Source: an uncultured Ignavibacteriales bacterium
Lineage (GTDB): Bacteria; Zixibacteria; MSB-5A5; GN15; JAAZOE01
DNA length: 64,000 bases
Reading direction: 5' to 3'
Assembly (NCBI GenBank): GCA_964611355.1
Contig: CAZSYD010000011.1
Span: 1 to 64,000, forward strand
The translations under genes were made by a program, and so were the position numbers. The notes beneath the pieces were generated by a model that was given only the letters and a program-made list of their open reading frames with translations, was not told where the DNA came from and searched no databases. This document shows, one piece after another, positions 10,678 through 23,507 of the stretch; position 1 is the stretch's first letter; the number at the start of each line of letters is the position of its first letter.

Positions 10678-11571
10678 ATGGCATCGCCCGAAAAAAGCCG
10701 CCTGCGCGGGGATTTTTGGGCTATCGTATCGGCTTTTGCCACCGGGACCGGCCTTATCGCCGCCAAGGCGGCTCTCCGGACAATCAATCCGATCACCATG
10801 AACGGCTATATGTTCTTTGTCGGGGCGATAATCATATTCTGCGATGCCGTAATCAACGGCAAAGTAAAAGAGACTATTCGCGTGCGGCCCGGCCAGCTTT
10901 TGTTTCTACTTATTGTCTCGATTATTTTCTGCGGGGCCACTTTTTGCCTTTTTTCGGCGCTGTCGTTATCGGAGCCGGCGACGGTATCTTTTCTTTCGCG
11001 GCTGGAACTGGTGGCAACTATTGCTTTTGCCGCTTTGTTTCTTAAAGAGAAAATCAACCTTTCCGAATCGACCGGCCTGATCCTGGTTGTGGCCGGTATC
11101 TTTGTAATGCGTTACAACGCCTCGGTGGAATTGTCCAAAGCGGTTACGCTCGCCACCGCCGCCGGCCTGCTCTTCGGGGCCGGGGAAGTGACTATTAAAT
11201 CGAGGATTGACTGGGTAAACCACCGAGCCCTTATTTTCTACCGTAATCTTTTTATGTCAGCGATATTCGTGCTTGTGGGAACGGCAACGGGAATATTCGT
11301 GTGGGTAAACGACGTCAATCTTCTATTGATTCTTTGCGTGGCCGGGCTGTTTCTGCCGTACATGGGACGACTGGGGTATCTCAAGGCTATGCAGAATATC
11401 AACGTATCGCGGGCGTCGATCATCGTCCAGAGTCAGCCGTTCTTCGCCGCCGGTGCGGCGCTTGTTATTCTGGGTACTTTTCCGCCGGCAAGGGAAATCA
11501 TCGGCGGGCTTTTGATTATGGCGGGGGTGGTTACGATCAGACTGCTGGAGATACGCAGGCCTTCACTATGA
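10678..11571 (+). CDS. DMT/EamA family transporter
   Basis: About 10 TM helices in two repeats; LFLKEK and IIGGLLIMAGV motifs. Confidence 0.85.
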   Translation: MASPEKSRLRGDFWAIVSAFATGTGLIAAKAALRTINPITMNGYMFFVGAIIIFCDAVINGKVKETIRVRPGQLLFLLIVSIIFCGATFCLFSALSLSEPATVSFLSRLELVATIAFAALFLKEKINLSESTGLILVVAGIFVMRYNASVELSKAVTLATAAGLLFGAGEVTIKSRIDWVNHRALIFYRNLFMSAIFVLVGTATGIFVWVNDVNLLLILCVAGLFLPYMGRLGYLKAMQNINVSRASIIVQSQPFFAAGAALVILGTFPPAREIIGGLLIMAGVVTIRLLEIRRPSL

Positions 11572-11744
11572 TTTCGCGTCGAATTACTCCACCCCTTAAA
11601 CAGTTAAATTCCGTACATAATTTTTGATTGAATACTAAATCAGTTCTTTGTATAATTAAAATATGGAATTTCCAGAGAAATATACCCTTACTGAATTTGG
11701 CGAAAACGGTATGATATTAAAGAAGAAGAAATAAGGAATGAGAA

Positions 11745-12311
11745 ATGGAACTAATTCCCGCATTTGAAATTGGATGGCGTAATGGGTGGCTTCTGTTAGC
11801 TTTGCTCTATTTGATAATGGGTATATTGCTTCTCACTTTTCCCAAGTATGTGGTAGCAAAACTTTATGAATATGATAGGTCCAGTTGGAGTAAAAGACAA
11901 CGAGCATTTTATTTTATAGGAAGATTATTAGTTCTTATTTATCTCGTTTTAATAATATTTACTCCGTTAAAAATAGGATCCAATATACTCATTCCTGGGA
12001 TTATTTTATTTGTCGTTGGCTTGACTGGCTTCATTATTGCTCTTTTCACTTTCAAAAATACACCTCCTGATAATTTAGTTACACACGGAATTTACAGAAT
12101 ATCACGCCATCCACAGGTTCTAATGTTATTTATTTTAGGTTTCGGGATTTGTATTTCTATAGGCTCTTGGCTCGCACTATTTATACAAATTCTATCTTCA
12201 TTATTTGGTCGCTCCAGAACTCTGGCGGAAGAACAAGCTTGCTTGGATCGATACGGTGATTCTTATCAAAGTTACATGAAAAATGTGCCCAGATATTTCA
12301 TATTTTTTTAA
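11745..12311 (+). CDS. Isoprenylcysteine carboxylmethyltransferase/PEMT family membrane protein
   Basis: LVTHGIYRISRHP, AEEQACLDRYGDSYQSYMKNVPRY; DNA is markedly AT-rich. Confidence 0.85.
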   Translation: MELIPAFEIGWRNGWLLLALLYLIMGILLLTFPKYVVAKLYEYDRSSWSKRQRAFYFIGRLLVLIYLVLIIFTPLKIGSNILIPGIILFVVGLTGFIIALFTFKNTPPDNLVTHGIYRISRHPQVLMLFILGFGICISIGSWLALFIQILSSLFGRSRTLAEEQACLDRYGDSYQSYMKNVPRYFIFF

Positions 12312-12518
12312 TTATGAGTTTTCAGCGTTTTCAATATGAAGCTGATGAAAAATACATAAGACTTTGAAGATTATGAGACTATTAGATTTTACAAGTCCAA
12401 TCAATCACAATCGACAATTTCTCGTATTCCTGATACAAAAAATTGCAGGCTACGAATCAAATTCCGATCCTGGTCAACGAACAATCACTAACAATAGTTA
12501 TTATCAGTCGCATATGCT

Positions 12519-13598
12519 TTAGTGCACTTCGAGCATCCGGCCGAGCGCCAGCCTCGAGTCCGCCTTTATATCTTCGTCCACGACGATTCTGTCGAAGACA
12601 TCGAGATTTTCGACCACATTGGCCAGGTCGGCCAGCGTCGTTCGATACATATTCGGGCAGACCGGACAGATCGGTCCCGACAGCTCGAAGATTTTTTTGT
12701 CAGGATAAGTATATGCCATTCGATTGATAAGGTTTATCTCGGTGCCGACCGCAATCACTGATCCCGGCGGCTGCTCGGCAATATAATTGACAATAAACTT
12801 GGTGGAACCGACCGCGTCGGCCTTATCCACCACTTCCCAGACGCACTCGGGATGAACTACGACTTTCACGTTCGGATATTGACGGCGCACGTCATCGACA
12901 TGGAACGGCTTGAAATTGGTATGCACGTGGCAATGACCCTTCCATAAGATTAGCTTCGCACCTCGAAGCCGGTCGGGATCGATTCCGCCGCCGTCCAAAC
13001 GAAAATCCCATACGACGATTTTGTCGTCAGGAATTCCCATCCGGCGGCCGGTATTATAGCCCAGATTCCGGTCGGGAAAGAAAAATAGTTTCTCGGCCCG
13101 ATTATAAACATATTCATAAGCCGCTTTGGCGCTTGATGAAGTGCAGATCAGGCCGCCTTCGCGGCCGCAAAACGCTTTCAGCTTGGCATCCGAATTCATA
13201 TAAGCGAGAGGCAAAGTTTTTTCGGCGATGCCGACCTCTTTAAGATATTCCCACGCCTCCAGAACGTCCCCAATATCGGCCATATCAGCCATGGGACAAC
13301 CGGCCAGCGGATTGGGCATGTAAACTTTTTGATGATCGGCGGACAGAATTTCCGCCGATTCGGCCATAAAATGAACGCCGCAGAAAACAATAAATTCCGA
13401 ATCCCTTCGCTCCGAAGCGATCTTCGACAGTTCGTACGAATCGCCTGTAAAATCTCCCAACAGGGCTATTTCCAGTCGCTGGTAATGATGCACGAGGATG
13501 GTCATCCGGCGGCCGTACCGTTTTTTGGCGTCGAGAACGATCTGCCTCAACTCCTCGTCGGTCGCCTGCCGGTATTTATCGGGAACCGTTAGATACAT
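12519..13598 (-). CDS. nadA: Quinolinate synthase
   Basis: HHYQR, GDSYELS, FCGVHFMAE, AGCPMADMA, CHVH, HPEC, CPNM (Fe-S cysteines). Confidence 0.96.
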   Translation of the reverse strand: MYLTVPDKYRQATDEELRQIVLDAKKRYGRRMTILVHHYQRLEIALLGDFTGDSYELSKIASERRDSEFIVFCGVHFMAESAEILSADHQKVYMPNPLAGCPMADMADIGDVLEAWEYLKEVGIAEKTLPLAYMNSDAKLKAFCGREGGLICTSSSAKAAYEYVYNRAEKLFFFPDRNLGYNTGRRMGIPDDKIVVWDFRLDGGGIDPDRLRGAKLILWKGHCHVHTNFKPFHVDDVRRQYPNVKVVVHPECVWEVVDKADAVGSTKFIVNYIAEQPPGSVIAVGTEINLINRMAYTYPDKKIFELSGPICPVCPNMYRTTLADLANVVENLDVFDRIVVDEDIKADSRLALGRMLEVH

Positions 13599-13693
13599 AA
13601 TCAGCCTGCCGATCCATACTCATATTATACGCGTTAACATTACATATTACATAAAAATATATTTGTAAAAATCAAGTTTCCCCCCGTTTAGCC

Positions 13694-13834
13694 TTAATCA
13701 GCCTTATTCAGCTTTTCCCGGGACGCTCCGCATAAAGGGCAGACCTCTGGCGGCTCATCGCTGTCATAAACGCATCCGCATTGGGTGCAAATCCAAGTCA
13801 TGGTCTTTGGCGCCTTCCCGTTTTGTCCGTTCAT
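13694..13834 (-). CDS. Small rubredoxin-like metal-binding protein (46 aa)
   Basis: Manual translation MNGQNGKAPKTMTWICTQCGCVYDSDEPPEVCPLCGASREKLNKAD shows the W-x-CxxCG..Y...P..CPxCG pattern; below the ORF-track length cutoff. Confidence 0.75.
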   Translation of the reverse strand: MNGQNGKAPKTMTWICTQCGCVYDSDEPPEVCPLCGASREKLNKAD

Positions 13835-13879
13835 AGTCGTTACGCTTCTTCCTTCGTGCCACCCGGACCAGAGCCGGGG

Positions 13880-14044
13880 CTATTTATTTTTTTCCAGTTT
13901 CTTCAGCTCTTTGCGAAGTTTTTTCAATCGACTATAATTGTGGTCAGCGCGTGATTTGTCCAGAAGTCCGCCAAAATGATCGTTTTCGATAAGCCTTTCC
14001 AGCTTGGCTATCTCTTCTTTGAGCTTCTCGATCGTGTCACTCAT
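13880..14044 (-). CDS. Small hypothetical helical/coiled-coil protein (54 aa)
   Basis: MSDTIEKLKEEIAKLERLIENDHFGGLLDKSRADHNYSRLKKLRKELKKLEKNK with an AAGGAG RBS upstream. Confidence 0.6.
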   Translation of the reverse strand: MSDTIEKLKEEIAKLERLIENDHFGGLLDKSRADHNYSRLKKLRKELKKLEKNK

Positions 14045-14171
14045 TCTTTGCGCTCCTTCTCCACTGACAAATGCATTGCCAGGGGTTTCGTCATTATGCC
14101 CGAATTTTTGACTGTTTTACTCAAACCATAATATTGATCAAATTAAGAGACTCGCGCCATGAAATCATCGT

Positions 14172-15899
14172 TTATCCCGATTTTTTGTTCATAGCTTTCT
14201 CTATCTTGGCCCAGGTATCGCGCAACGTGACCGTTCGGTTGAAAACCAACGACTCCTTCGAAGAATCGACGGAATCGACACAAAAATAACCAAGCCGCTC
14301 GAATTGATACCGGCTTCCCGGGGCCGCTCCCGACAGAGAAGGTTCGACCCGGCACGACGTCAGCATCTCCAGCGATTGGGGATTAAGACATTGCCGGAAA
14401 TCTCCGCCTTCATCATCGTCGAGCGGATTCTCCCTGGTGAAAAGATGATCGTATAGGCGCACTTCGGCTTCCAATGCGTGCGCCGCCGAAACCCAGTGAA
14501 TCGTTCCCCTGACCTTGCGGCCGTCCGGCGCCGAACCGCCTCTTGTTTCGGGATCATAAGTGCAGTGCAATTCAATTATTTCGCCGGTTTTATCGTTTTT
14601 GACGACATCAACGCACTTGATAAAATAGGCGTACCGCAGGCGCACTTCCCGCCCGGGAGCCAGGCGGAAGTATTTTTTCGGCGGGTCTTCGCGAAAATCC
14701 TCGCGCTCAATATAAAGCACCCGCGAAAAAGGAACCTTGCGCGTTCCGGCGGACGGGTCTTCCGGGTTATTAACGGCTTCCAGTTCCTCCGCCTGCTCTT
14801 CCGGATAATTGACGATAACCACCCGCAGAGGATGTAATACCGCCATAACGCGCTGCGCCCGCTTATTCAAATCCTCGCGCAGGCAATGTTCAAGCAACGA
14901 GATATCGACCATGCTGTCCCGCTTGGCCACGCCGATGCGTTCACAAAAATTGCGAATCGCCTCCGGCGTGTAGCCACGTCTCCGCAGACCCGATATGGTC
15001 GGCATACGGGGATCGTCCCAGCCGGTGACATGATCCCGGTCGACCAGTTCCAGGAGCTTGCGTTTGCTCATCACGGTATAGGTGAGATTAAGACGGGCAA
15101 ACTCGATTTGCCGGGGATGGAAAACGCCCAGTTCGTCGAGGAACCAGTCATACAGTGGCCGGTGGTCTTCAAATTCAAGCGTGCAGATGGAATGCGTTAT
15201 TCCCTCTATAGAGTCCGAAAGGCAATGGGTGAAATCGTACATCGGATAAATACACCATTTATCGCCGGTTCGATGATGCGACGCTTTCTTTATCCGGTAA
15301 ATGGTGGAATCCCGCATGTTCAAATTCCCCGAGGCCATATCGATTTTAGCCCGGAGAACACGGGAACCATCCTCGAATTCACCACGGCGCATCCGCTCAA
15401 ACAGATCCAGGTTCTCACCGACGGAACGATTACGATAAGGACTTTCTTTCCCCGGTTCCGTAAGAGTCCCGCGATATTGCCTGACCTGATCCGGACTCAG
15501 GTCGCAGACATAAGCTTTGCCCAATTTGATTAGCTGCACGGCGTATTCATAGAGCTGTTCGAAATAATCGGAAGCATAGTATAGCCGGTCATCCCAGTCA
15601 AATCCCAGCCAGCGAACGTCCTCCAATATGGAGTCAACGTATTCAACTTCCTCTTTGCTGGGGTTGGTGTCGTCAAATCGCAGGTTGCAGAGGCCGCCAT
15701 ACTGCTTTGCGAGGCCGAAATTCAGGCAGATCGACTTGGCATGCCCTATATGCAGACAGCCGTTTGGCTCCGGAGGGAAACGGGTATGCACCCGGCCGTC
15801 GTTTTTGCCCTTTTTCCGATCCTCCTGGATTATCTCTCGGATAAAATGGAGGGACGGTTTTTCGTTGGCTGGAAGTTTTTCTTTCGGCCTGTCACTCAT
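14172..15899 (-). CDS. glnS: Glutamine--tRNA ligase
   Basis: [40 protein letters not shown]. Confidence 0.97.
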   Translation of the reverse strand: MSDRPKEKLPANEKPSLHFIREIIQEDRKKGKNDGRVHTRFPPEPNGCLHIGHAKSICLNFGLAKQYGGLCNLRFDDTNPSKEEVEYVDSILEDVRWLGFDWDDRLYYASDYFEQLYEYAVQLIKLGKAYVCDLSPDQVRQYRGTLTEPGKESPYRNRSVGENLDLFERMRRGEFEDGSRVLRAKIDMASGNLNMRDSTIYRIKKASHHRTGDKWCIYPMYDFTHCLSDSIEGITHSICTLEFEDHRPLYDWFLDELGVFHPRQIEFARLNLTYTVMSKRKLLELVDRDHVTGWDDPRMPTISGLRRRGYTPEAIRNFCERIGVAKRDSMVDISLLEHCLREDLNKRAQRVMAVLHPLRVVIVNYPEEQAEELEAVNNPEDPSAGTRKVPFSRVLYIEREDFREDPPKKYFRLAPGREVRLRYAYFIKCVDVVKNDKTGEIIELHCTYDPETRGGSAPDGRKVRGTIHWVSAAHALEAEVRLYDHLFTRENPLDDDEGGDFRQCLNPQSLEMLTSCRVEPSLSGAAPGSRYQFERLGYFCVDSVDSSKESLVFNRTVTLRDTWAKIEKAMNKKSG

Positions 15900-17340
15900 T
15901 GGAAACCTTTTCTCCTATATATCGGGCCGCCGTCCTCATTCGCGCAACGATTTCATCGCGGCCAAGCAATTCCAGGACTTCATACAAGCCCGGCCCTGTA
16001 ATCATTCCGGTAACCGCCAGCCGCGTGGGATGTATCAATTCGCCGGTTTTAATACCCAATTCCTCGGCCAGGCCTTTGAGAGTTTTTTCCAGTATCTCGT
16101 GGCTAAAATCTTTAAGGCTATTAAAAAGATCAGCCAGTTTTTGCAGCCTTTCGGCATTCTCCAGCCTGAAATATTTCTTTACCCCTTTGGCTTCATATGA
16201 TACCGGCGACTGGAAGAAATAACGGCCCCGCTCAACGAAATGCTGCAAAAAATCGCACCGATCTTTGAGCAGTCCGATCACGTCCATAAGATACCGCCAG
16301 CGGGTCTCGAGGCCGTATTTGGTCGATAAGTCGGCCTTTATCAAAAGCGGCGCGACCATGACCGCCAACTCGTGATTCGATTTCTTTCGTATATGCTCGC
16401 CGTTAAAATGACGCATTTTTACCGGATCAAAAACAGCGTTGGACTTATTTATTCCCTTAATATCAAAAGCCTTGATTATCTCCGGAATAGTCAGAATCTC
16501 GCGGTTATCTTTCGGCGACCATCCCAGAAGCGCCAGATAATTCAACACCGCTTCGGGTAAAAAGCCGTCTTTGGCGTAGTCGGAAGCGTTGGCCGCCTTG
16601 TCTCGTTTGGATATTTTCTTTTTCTTCTCGTCGAAAATCAAGGGTAAATGAGCCAGCCGGGGCGACGGCAGGCCAAGGGCGTTGTAAATGAGCACCTGCT
16701 TGAAAGTATTGGTCTGGTGGTCGTTGCCGCGAATAATATCGGTAATCCCCATTTCGTAATCGTCAACGGCCACGACAAAATTATAGAGAGGTCGTCCATC
16801 ACGGCGGCAAACGACGAAATCCTCGATATCCTTGTTCTGCCGCACCATCTCGCCATAAACCATATCGTCGAAGCGAGTCTCCCCTTCGGGAACCTTCAGC
16901 CTGAGAACATACGACATCCCGGCGTCGAGTCTCTTTTGAATTTCCTGAGGGGAAAGACGCAGGCAGGTACGGTCATACCTGTAGTCCGCCTTGTCCTTCC
17001 GAGCTTTTTCCCGTTTGGCGGTTAATTCTTCCGGCGTGCAAAAACAACGGTAAGCATTGCCCGATTCAAGCAGGCGGTCGAGATATTTCTTATGCAAATC
17101 GATTCGCTCCGACTGGAAATAAGGTCCCTCGTCCCAGTCAAGCCCGAGCCATTTAAGCGAATTTATAATAGAATCAACCATTTCAGGCGATGACCGTTCG
17201 ACATCGGTATCTTCGATCCGGAGGATAAATACGCCCCCTTTACTTCGGGCATACAGCCAGTTGAAGATTGCCGTACGGGCCACTCCGACATGAAGAAAAC
17301 CGGACGGCGAAGGCGCTATGCGAACTCTTATATCAGACAT
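15892..17340 (-). CDS. gltX: Glutamate--tRNA ligase
   Basis: [25 protein letters not shown], anticodon-binding C-terminal domain. Confidence 0.96.
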   Translation of the reverse strand: MSDIRVRIAPSPSGFLHVGVARTAIFNWLYARSKGGVFILRIEDTDVERSSPEMVDSIINSLKWLGLDWDEGPYFQSERIDLHKKYLDRLLESGNAYRCFCTPEELTAKREKARKDKADYRYDRTCLRLSPQEIQKRLDAGMSYVLRLKVPEGETRFDDMVYGEMVRQNKDIEDFVVCRRDGRPLYNFVVAVDDYEMGITDIIRGNDHQTNTFKQVLIYNALGLPSPRLAHLPLIFDEKKKKISKRDKAANASDYAKDGFLPEAVLNYLALLGWSPKDNREILTIPEIIKAFDIKGINKSNAVFDPVKMRHFNGEHIRKKSNHELAVMVAPLLIKADLSTKYGLETRWRYLMDVIGLLKDRCDFLQHFVERGRYFFQSPVSYEAKGVKKYFRLENAERLQKLADLFNSLKDFSHEILEKTLKGLAEELGIKTGELIHPTRLAVTGMITGPGLYEVLELLGRDEIVARMRTAARYIGEKVSNE

Positions 17341-17444
17341 TTATTTTCAATCATATGGCGGCCAAATGCCGCCAAGAAATATGATTCCAAATATATACGG
17401 GCTTGAGTATCGTCTCAAGCTGTTTTTACACAGGTTTTCGGCAG

Positions 17445-19550
17445 CTATTGTTTAAGAATAAACCGCGCGTCAACCGCCTTGCAGCATTCCTTTTTACCCG
17501 AGGCTATAAAAGGATTGATATCCATCTCGGAGAATTGATCGAAATCCATCACCAGTTGAGAAATGCGCAGGAGCGCCTCTTTTAAGATATCGATATCGAC
17601 CGGGGCAGAGCCGCGAAAACCGGCCAGAAGCGGATATGATTTCAATCCCCGGATCATATCGAGCGCGCGCTGATCTGAAATGGGCGTGACGCCGAAGGCG
17701 ACGTCTTTCATTACCTCGACATAAATGCCGCCGAGACCGAACATAACCAGAGGACCAAAAGCCCGGTCATAAGTCATACCGATAACCGTTTCTATCCCGC
17801 CGGAAACCATCTTCTGAATGACAACCGAGAACCGTTCGCCCTTTTTGAGAATCCCGACCTGCTTTTTCAAATCATTGAATTGCTCGCGAAGCTCTTTCCC
17901 GTTGCGAATATCAACCCTGACCGCTCTGGCCTCGGTCTTGTGCAGGATTTTGGGCGTATTCAGCTTCATTACCACCGGATACCCCGTCTTACCGGCGGCC
18001 TCAATCGCCTCTTTGGCGCTGTAAGCAAAAGTATAGGGAGCGACCGGAATCCCGCAGGCGATCAGGATATCAAGAGCATCCTCGCCAATGATGGCGCCAT
18101 TACCCTCACGGCGGTTTTTCTCAATGATTTTCTCCACGGCTCGCTTGTCGGCTTTAAAGACCGGGAATTTCTCTTTCTTGCGCTGCAGGTACCTTCGATA
18201 TCCGTCAACGTTTTTCAGCGCCTTGGCGATAGCTTCCGGGAAGATATATACCGGAATGCCGCTTTTCATCAACATTTCAATCCCCGGTGAACGAAAGCCG
18301 ACACCCATAAAGCAAACCAGAAACGGTTTGTCGGTTTTTCCCCTTGCGTTTATGATTGACTGCGCCACCTCAGCTTCGTCGATCGTTATCGGCTGGACAA
18401 AGATGGGAATTATGGCATCGTAGGTGTTGTCTTTGGCGATCGCCTCCAGAGCCAGGGCAAATTCGCGCCCGCCTGCGCCGGCAACGAGATCAAGCGGGTT
18501 ATTGAGCGACACCTCCGACGGCAGAAACGATTTCAGCTCCTTTTTTATCCTGGCCGGCAACGGCGCTACGTCCAGACCCATGCTGACCAGGGCGTCGGTT
18601 GCCAGAATGCCCGGCCCGCCCGCATTGGTGACAACGGCTACCCGATTTCCTTTCGGAATCGGCTGACTGGAGAGCATCATGGCGACATCATAAAGTTCTT
18701 CCATCGATGTGGTGCGCATAACGCCGCACTGTTCAAAAAGGGCATCAACGCCGACGTCGGCTCCGGCCAGCGCCCCGGTGTGCGATGACGCCGCGCGGGC
18801 GCCCTGACTGGTTACGCCCGATTTAACCGCCACAATCGGCTTGATTTTCGTTACGTTGCGGGCAATCTTGGTGAAATTTTTAGGATTGCCGAAGCTCTCT
18901 ATATACATCAGGATGATGCCGGTCTTTTCGTCATGATTCCAATACTGCAAAAGATCATTACCGGAAATGTCGGCTTTATTGCCCACCGAGGCGAACATGG
19001 AAAAACCGAGGTTCAGTTGATCGGCGAAATTCAGGACAGCCTCGCCCAACGCGCCCGATTGAGAGATAAAAGATATATTCCCGGGTTTGGGACGAGCTTT
19101 CCCAAAGGTGGCGTTAAGCCGCACCTCCGGATCAGTATTGACCACGCCGAAACAGTTCGGCCCAACCATCCTCATCCCGTAATCCCTGACAATGCCCAAC
19201 AGCCGGTCTTCCAGATCAATTCCTTTGCCGCCAACCTCTTTGAAACCGGCTGAAATAACGACCAAACCCTTCACCCCTTTCTCGCCACACTGCTTGACAA
19301 CGGCCGGCACAGTATTCTTTGGAACGGCAATGATGGCCATATCGACCGCATCCGGTACGTCAAGAATGGTAGAATAGGCTTTTATGGAATGAATCACCCC
19401 CGCCTTTGGATTGACCGGGAATACCTTGCCGTTGAATTCATAATCAATCAGGTTATACAGGATTTCCCTCCCGATCGTGTGACGGCGGGATGACGCCCCG
19501 ATAACGGCAATTGAGTGAGGGTGAAAAATACAATCCAGACTTTTTTTCAT
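17445..19550 (-). CDS. ADP-forming acetate/acyl--CoA ligase (fused alpha-beta)
   Basis: CoA-binding IAVIGAS, GPNCFG, SQSGA, phospho-His motif SHTGALAG, ATP-grasp HKTE...DINP. Confidence 0.9.
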   Translation of the reverse strand: MKKSLDCIFHPHSIAVIGASSRRHTIGREILYNLIDYEFNGKVFPVNPKAGVIHSIKAYSTILDVPDAVDMAIIAVPKNTVPAVVKQCGEKGVKGLVVISAGFKEVGGKGIDLEDRLLGIVRDYGMRMVGPNCFGVVNTDPEVRLNATFGKARPKPGNISFISQSGALGEAVLNFADQLNLGFSMFASVGNKADISGNDLLQYWNHDEKTGIILMYIESFGNPKNFTKIARNVTKIKPIVAVKSGVTSQGARAASSHTGALAGADVGVDALFEQCGVMRTTSMEELYDVAMMLSSQPIPKGNRVAVVTNAGGPGILATDALVSMGLDVAPLPARIKKELKSFLPSEVSLNNPLDLVAGAGGREFALALEAIAKDNTYDAIIPIFVQPITIDEAEVAQSIINARGKTDKPFLVCFMGVGFRSPGIEMLMKSGIPVYIFPEAIAKALKNVDGYRRYLQRKKEKFPVFKADKRAVEKIIEKNRREGNGAIIGEDALDILIACGIPVAPYTFAYSAKEAIEAAGKTGYPVVMKLNTPKILHKTEARAVRVDIRNGKELREQFNDLKKQVGILKKGERFSVVIQKMVSGGIETVIGMTYDRAFGPLVMFGLGGIYVEVMKDVAFGVTPISDQRALDMIRGLKSYPLLAGFRGSAPVDIDILKEALLRISQLVMDFDQFSEMDINPFIASGKKECCKAVDARFILKQ

Positions 19551-19762
19551 ATCGTTTACCTTTGTCCATTTCCTTATTAATTCAATTTAGAGGCTCATTC
19601 AATCGTTTTTGCCTCCAAAATCATAGTATATTCAACCGTTATGTTAATGTCAAACAGAGCGATAACAAAAAGCGTCGCGGGAAGCGAAATTTTTGTAACT
19701 TCTCTCCTGTATTTTTTGTATATAAGGTCAGTAATGTTCAGGCTAAAAAAAGGAAAGCTCCA

Positions 19763-20101
19763 ATGAAATTCAATCACTATGAAAAAGGTGACGTTGACGT
19801 TATAGAGGTCAAGGGGAAGATAATGGGCGGCGACGATTTTGTCCCTCTTGACGACAAATTGTACGCTCTTATCGGCAAGGGCCGCAAAAAGGCGGTCATC
19901 GACCTGTCCGCCTGCGACTGGATCAATTCCACCGGCTTGGGCCGCCTGATTCACCATTCGACAACCTTCAAAGGAATGAACGGTGAGCTTAAACTGGCCA
20001 ACCTGACCGAGAAGATCAATAAGATTATTACGATTACCCGCCTGACTGAGGTCTTTGACGTCGCCGATTCGGTTGATGAGGCCATCGGCAAATTCAAATA
20101 A
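19763..20101 (+). CDS. STAS-domain anti-sigma factor antagonist
   Basis: VIDLSACDWINSTGLG phospho-Ser motif, ITRLTEVF; ATG at 19763 follows an AGGA RBS. Confidence 0.9.
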   Translation: MKFNHYEKGDVDVIEVKGKIMGGDDFVPLDDKLYALIGKGRKKAVIDLSACDWINSTGLGRLIHHSTTFKGMNGELKLANLTEKINKIITITRLTEVFDVADSVDEAIGKFK

Positions 20102-20250
20102 CCAACCGGTAAACGCCAACCCAACAGCCTGTCGCGGTTTATTTGCAAAGACGACGAGGCGGGAGCGATTAGTAGCCCCTGCCCTGACCGGATTCGAAGA
20201 AAAACCGTATCTGCAAGGTTGAAGTTGACTCAGGCTTACATAGCCTCTAA

Positions 20251-22287
<2,037 letters not shown>

Positions 22288-22322
22288 CATCGCCTTTTAT
22301 TTAGGCCACTCCCAAACCTAAT

Positions 22323-22352
22323 AAAAAACCCGACTTCCTGGCCGGGTTTTTT
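22323..22352. terminator. Bidirectional rho-independent terminator
   Basis: AAAAAACCCG-acttcctggc-CGGGTTTTTT between convergent genes. Confidence 0.8.
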
Positions 22353-22373
22353 GGGCGAAATTCGTTTAGTCGT

Positions 22374-23492
22374 TCACAATCGCGCCGCGACGGCCTCGGC
22401 AACTTCGAGCGAACTGTTGCTGCCGCCCATATCATAAGTACGCACTTTTTCTTCTCGAATAACGTCAGCGATGGCATTTTCAAGGCGATCGCCCATATCA
22501 GTTTCCCCTAACCAGCCAAGCATCATCTTTGTAGAAAGCAGCATTGCTATCGGGTTGACCTTATACCGGCCGGCATATTTGGGCGCCGATCCGTGCGTCG
22601 GTTCGAAGACGGCATAGTCATCGCCGATATTTCCCGACGAAGCGAAACCGAGGCCGCCGACCAGTTGAGCGCACAGGTCGGAAACGATATCGCCGAACAT
22701 GTTACTGGTTACCAGTATTGAATAATCGGTTGGGTTCTTGATCAGCCACATGCACATGGCGTCGATGTTGGTTTCCCACAGTTCGATGCCGGGATAGCTT
22801 TCAGCCACCTCGCGGGCGGTGCGCACCATCAGGCCCGAAGTTTCACGCATAACGTTCGGTTTCTCGACTACCGTGACCGATTTGCGCCCGGTTTTTTGGG
22901 CGTATTCAAAGGCATCGGTAACGATATCGCGGCACCCGGTTTTAGTGTTTATCCGCAGCGTTACCGCGATCTCATCGGCCGGATGGTGATCGAAGCGGGC
23001 CATTTTGGAGTTGTGCTTTTTGACCGCTTCGCGGACTTCATCCGGAAACGGATAAAATTCCACGCCCGAATAAAGACCTTCTGTATTCTCTCGGAAAACG
23101 ACAATGTCGATACCATCACGGTAATTGAGCGGATTGCCGGGATACGCTTTGCAGGGACGCATGTTGGTTCGCAGATTAAACTCCTGACGCAGTCGGACAA
23201 TCGGAGAAACGTAAATATGCCCTTTCCCCTGAAGCTCCGGAATCAGGGCCGCTTCCGCCTCCTGCTTGGGAAGCGAAGTGATGGCGCCAAAGAGAGCGCA
23301 ATCGGTCTGCCTGAGAAGCTCCTTGGTCCGGTCGGGAAACGGATTGGCTTCCGTTTTCCAGAATTCCCAGCCGATATCGCCCTGAATATACTCGGCGTCA
23401 AGGTTCAATTTATCGAGAACGATCCCGGCCGCTTCCATAACGTCAACACCCACGCCGTCGCCGGGCAGCCATGCGATCTTGTACTTCGGCAT
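22374..23492 (-). CDS. Isocitrate/isopropylmalate (beta-decarboxylating) dehydrogenase family protein
   Basis: LPGDGVG, FRENTEGLY, NMFGDIVSD, FEPTHGSAPKYAG, NPIAM; substrate cannot be resolved from sequence. Confidence 0.9.
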   Translation of the reverse strand: MPKYKIAWLPGDGVGVDVMEAAGIVLDKLNLDAEYIQGDIGWEFWKTEANPFPDRTKELLRQTDCALFGAITSLPKQEAEAALIPELQGKGHIYVSPIVRLRQEFNLRTNMRPCKAYPGNPLNYRDGIDIVVFRENTEGLYSGVEFYPFPDEVREAVKKHNSKMARFDHHPADEIAVTLRINTKTGCRDIVTDAFEYAQKTGRKSVTVVEKPNVMRETSGLMVRTAREVAESYPGIELWETNIDAMCMWLIKNPTDYSILVTSNMFGDIVSDLCAQLVGGLGFASSGNIGDDYAVFEPTHGSAPKYAGRYKVNPIAMLLSTKMMLGWLGETDMGDRLENAIADVIREEKVRTYDMGGSNSSLEVAEAVAARL

Positions 23493-23507
23493 ATAATTCC
23501 TCTTTTT

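Noticed and set aside
19511..19762. N-terminal extension of the STAS ORF, and similar extensions at 45048-45122, 54166-54252 and 61133-61189
   Set aside because: Downstream ATGs have better RBSs and match family N-termini or signal peptides.
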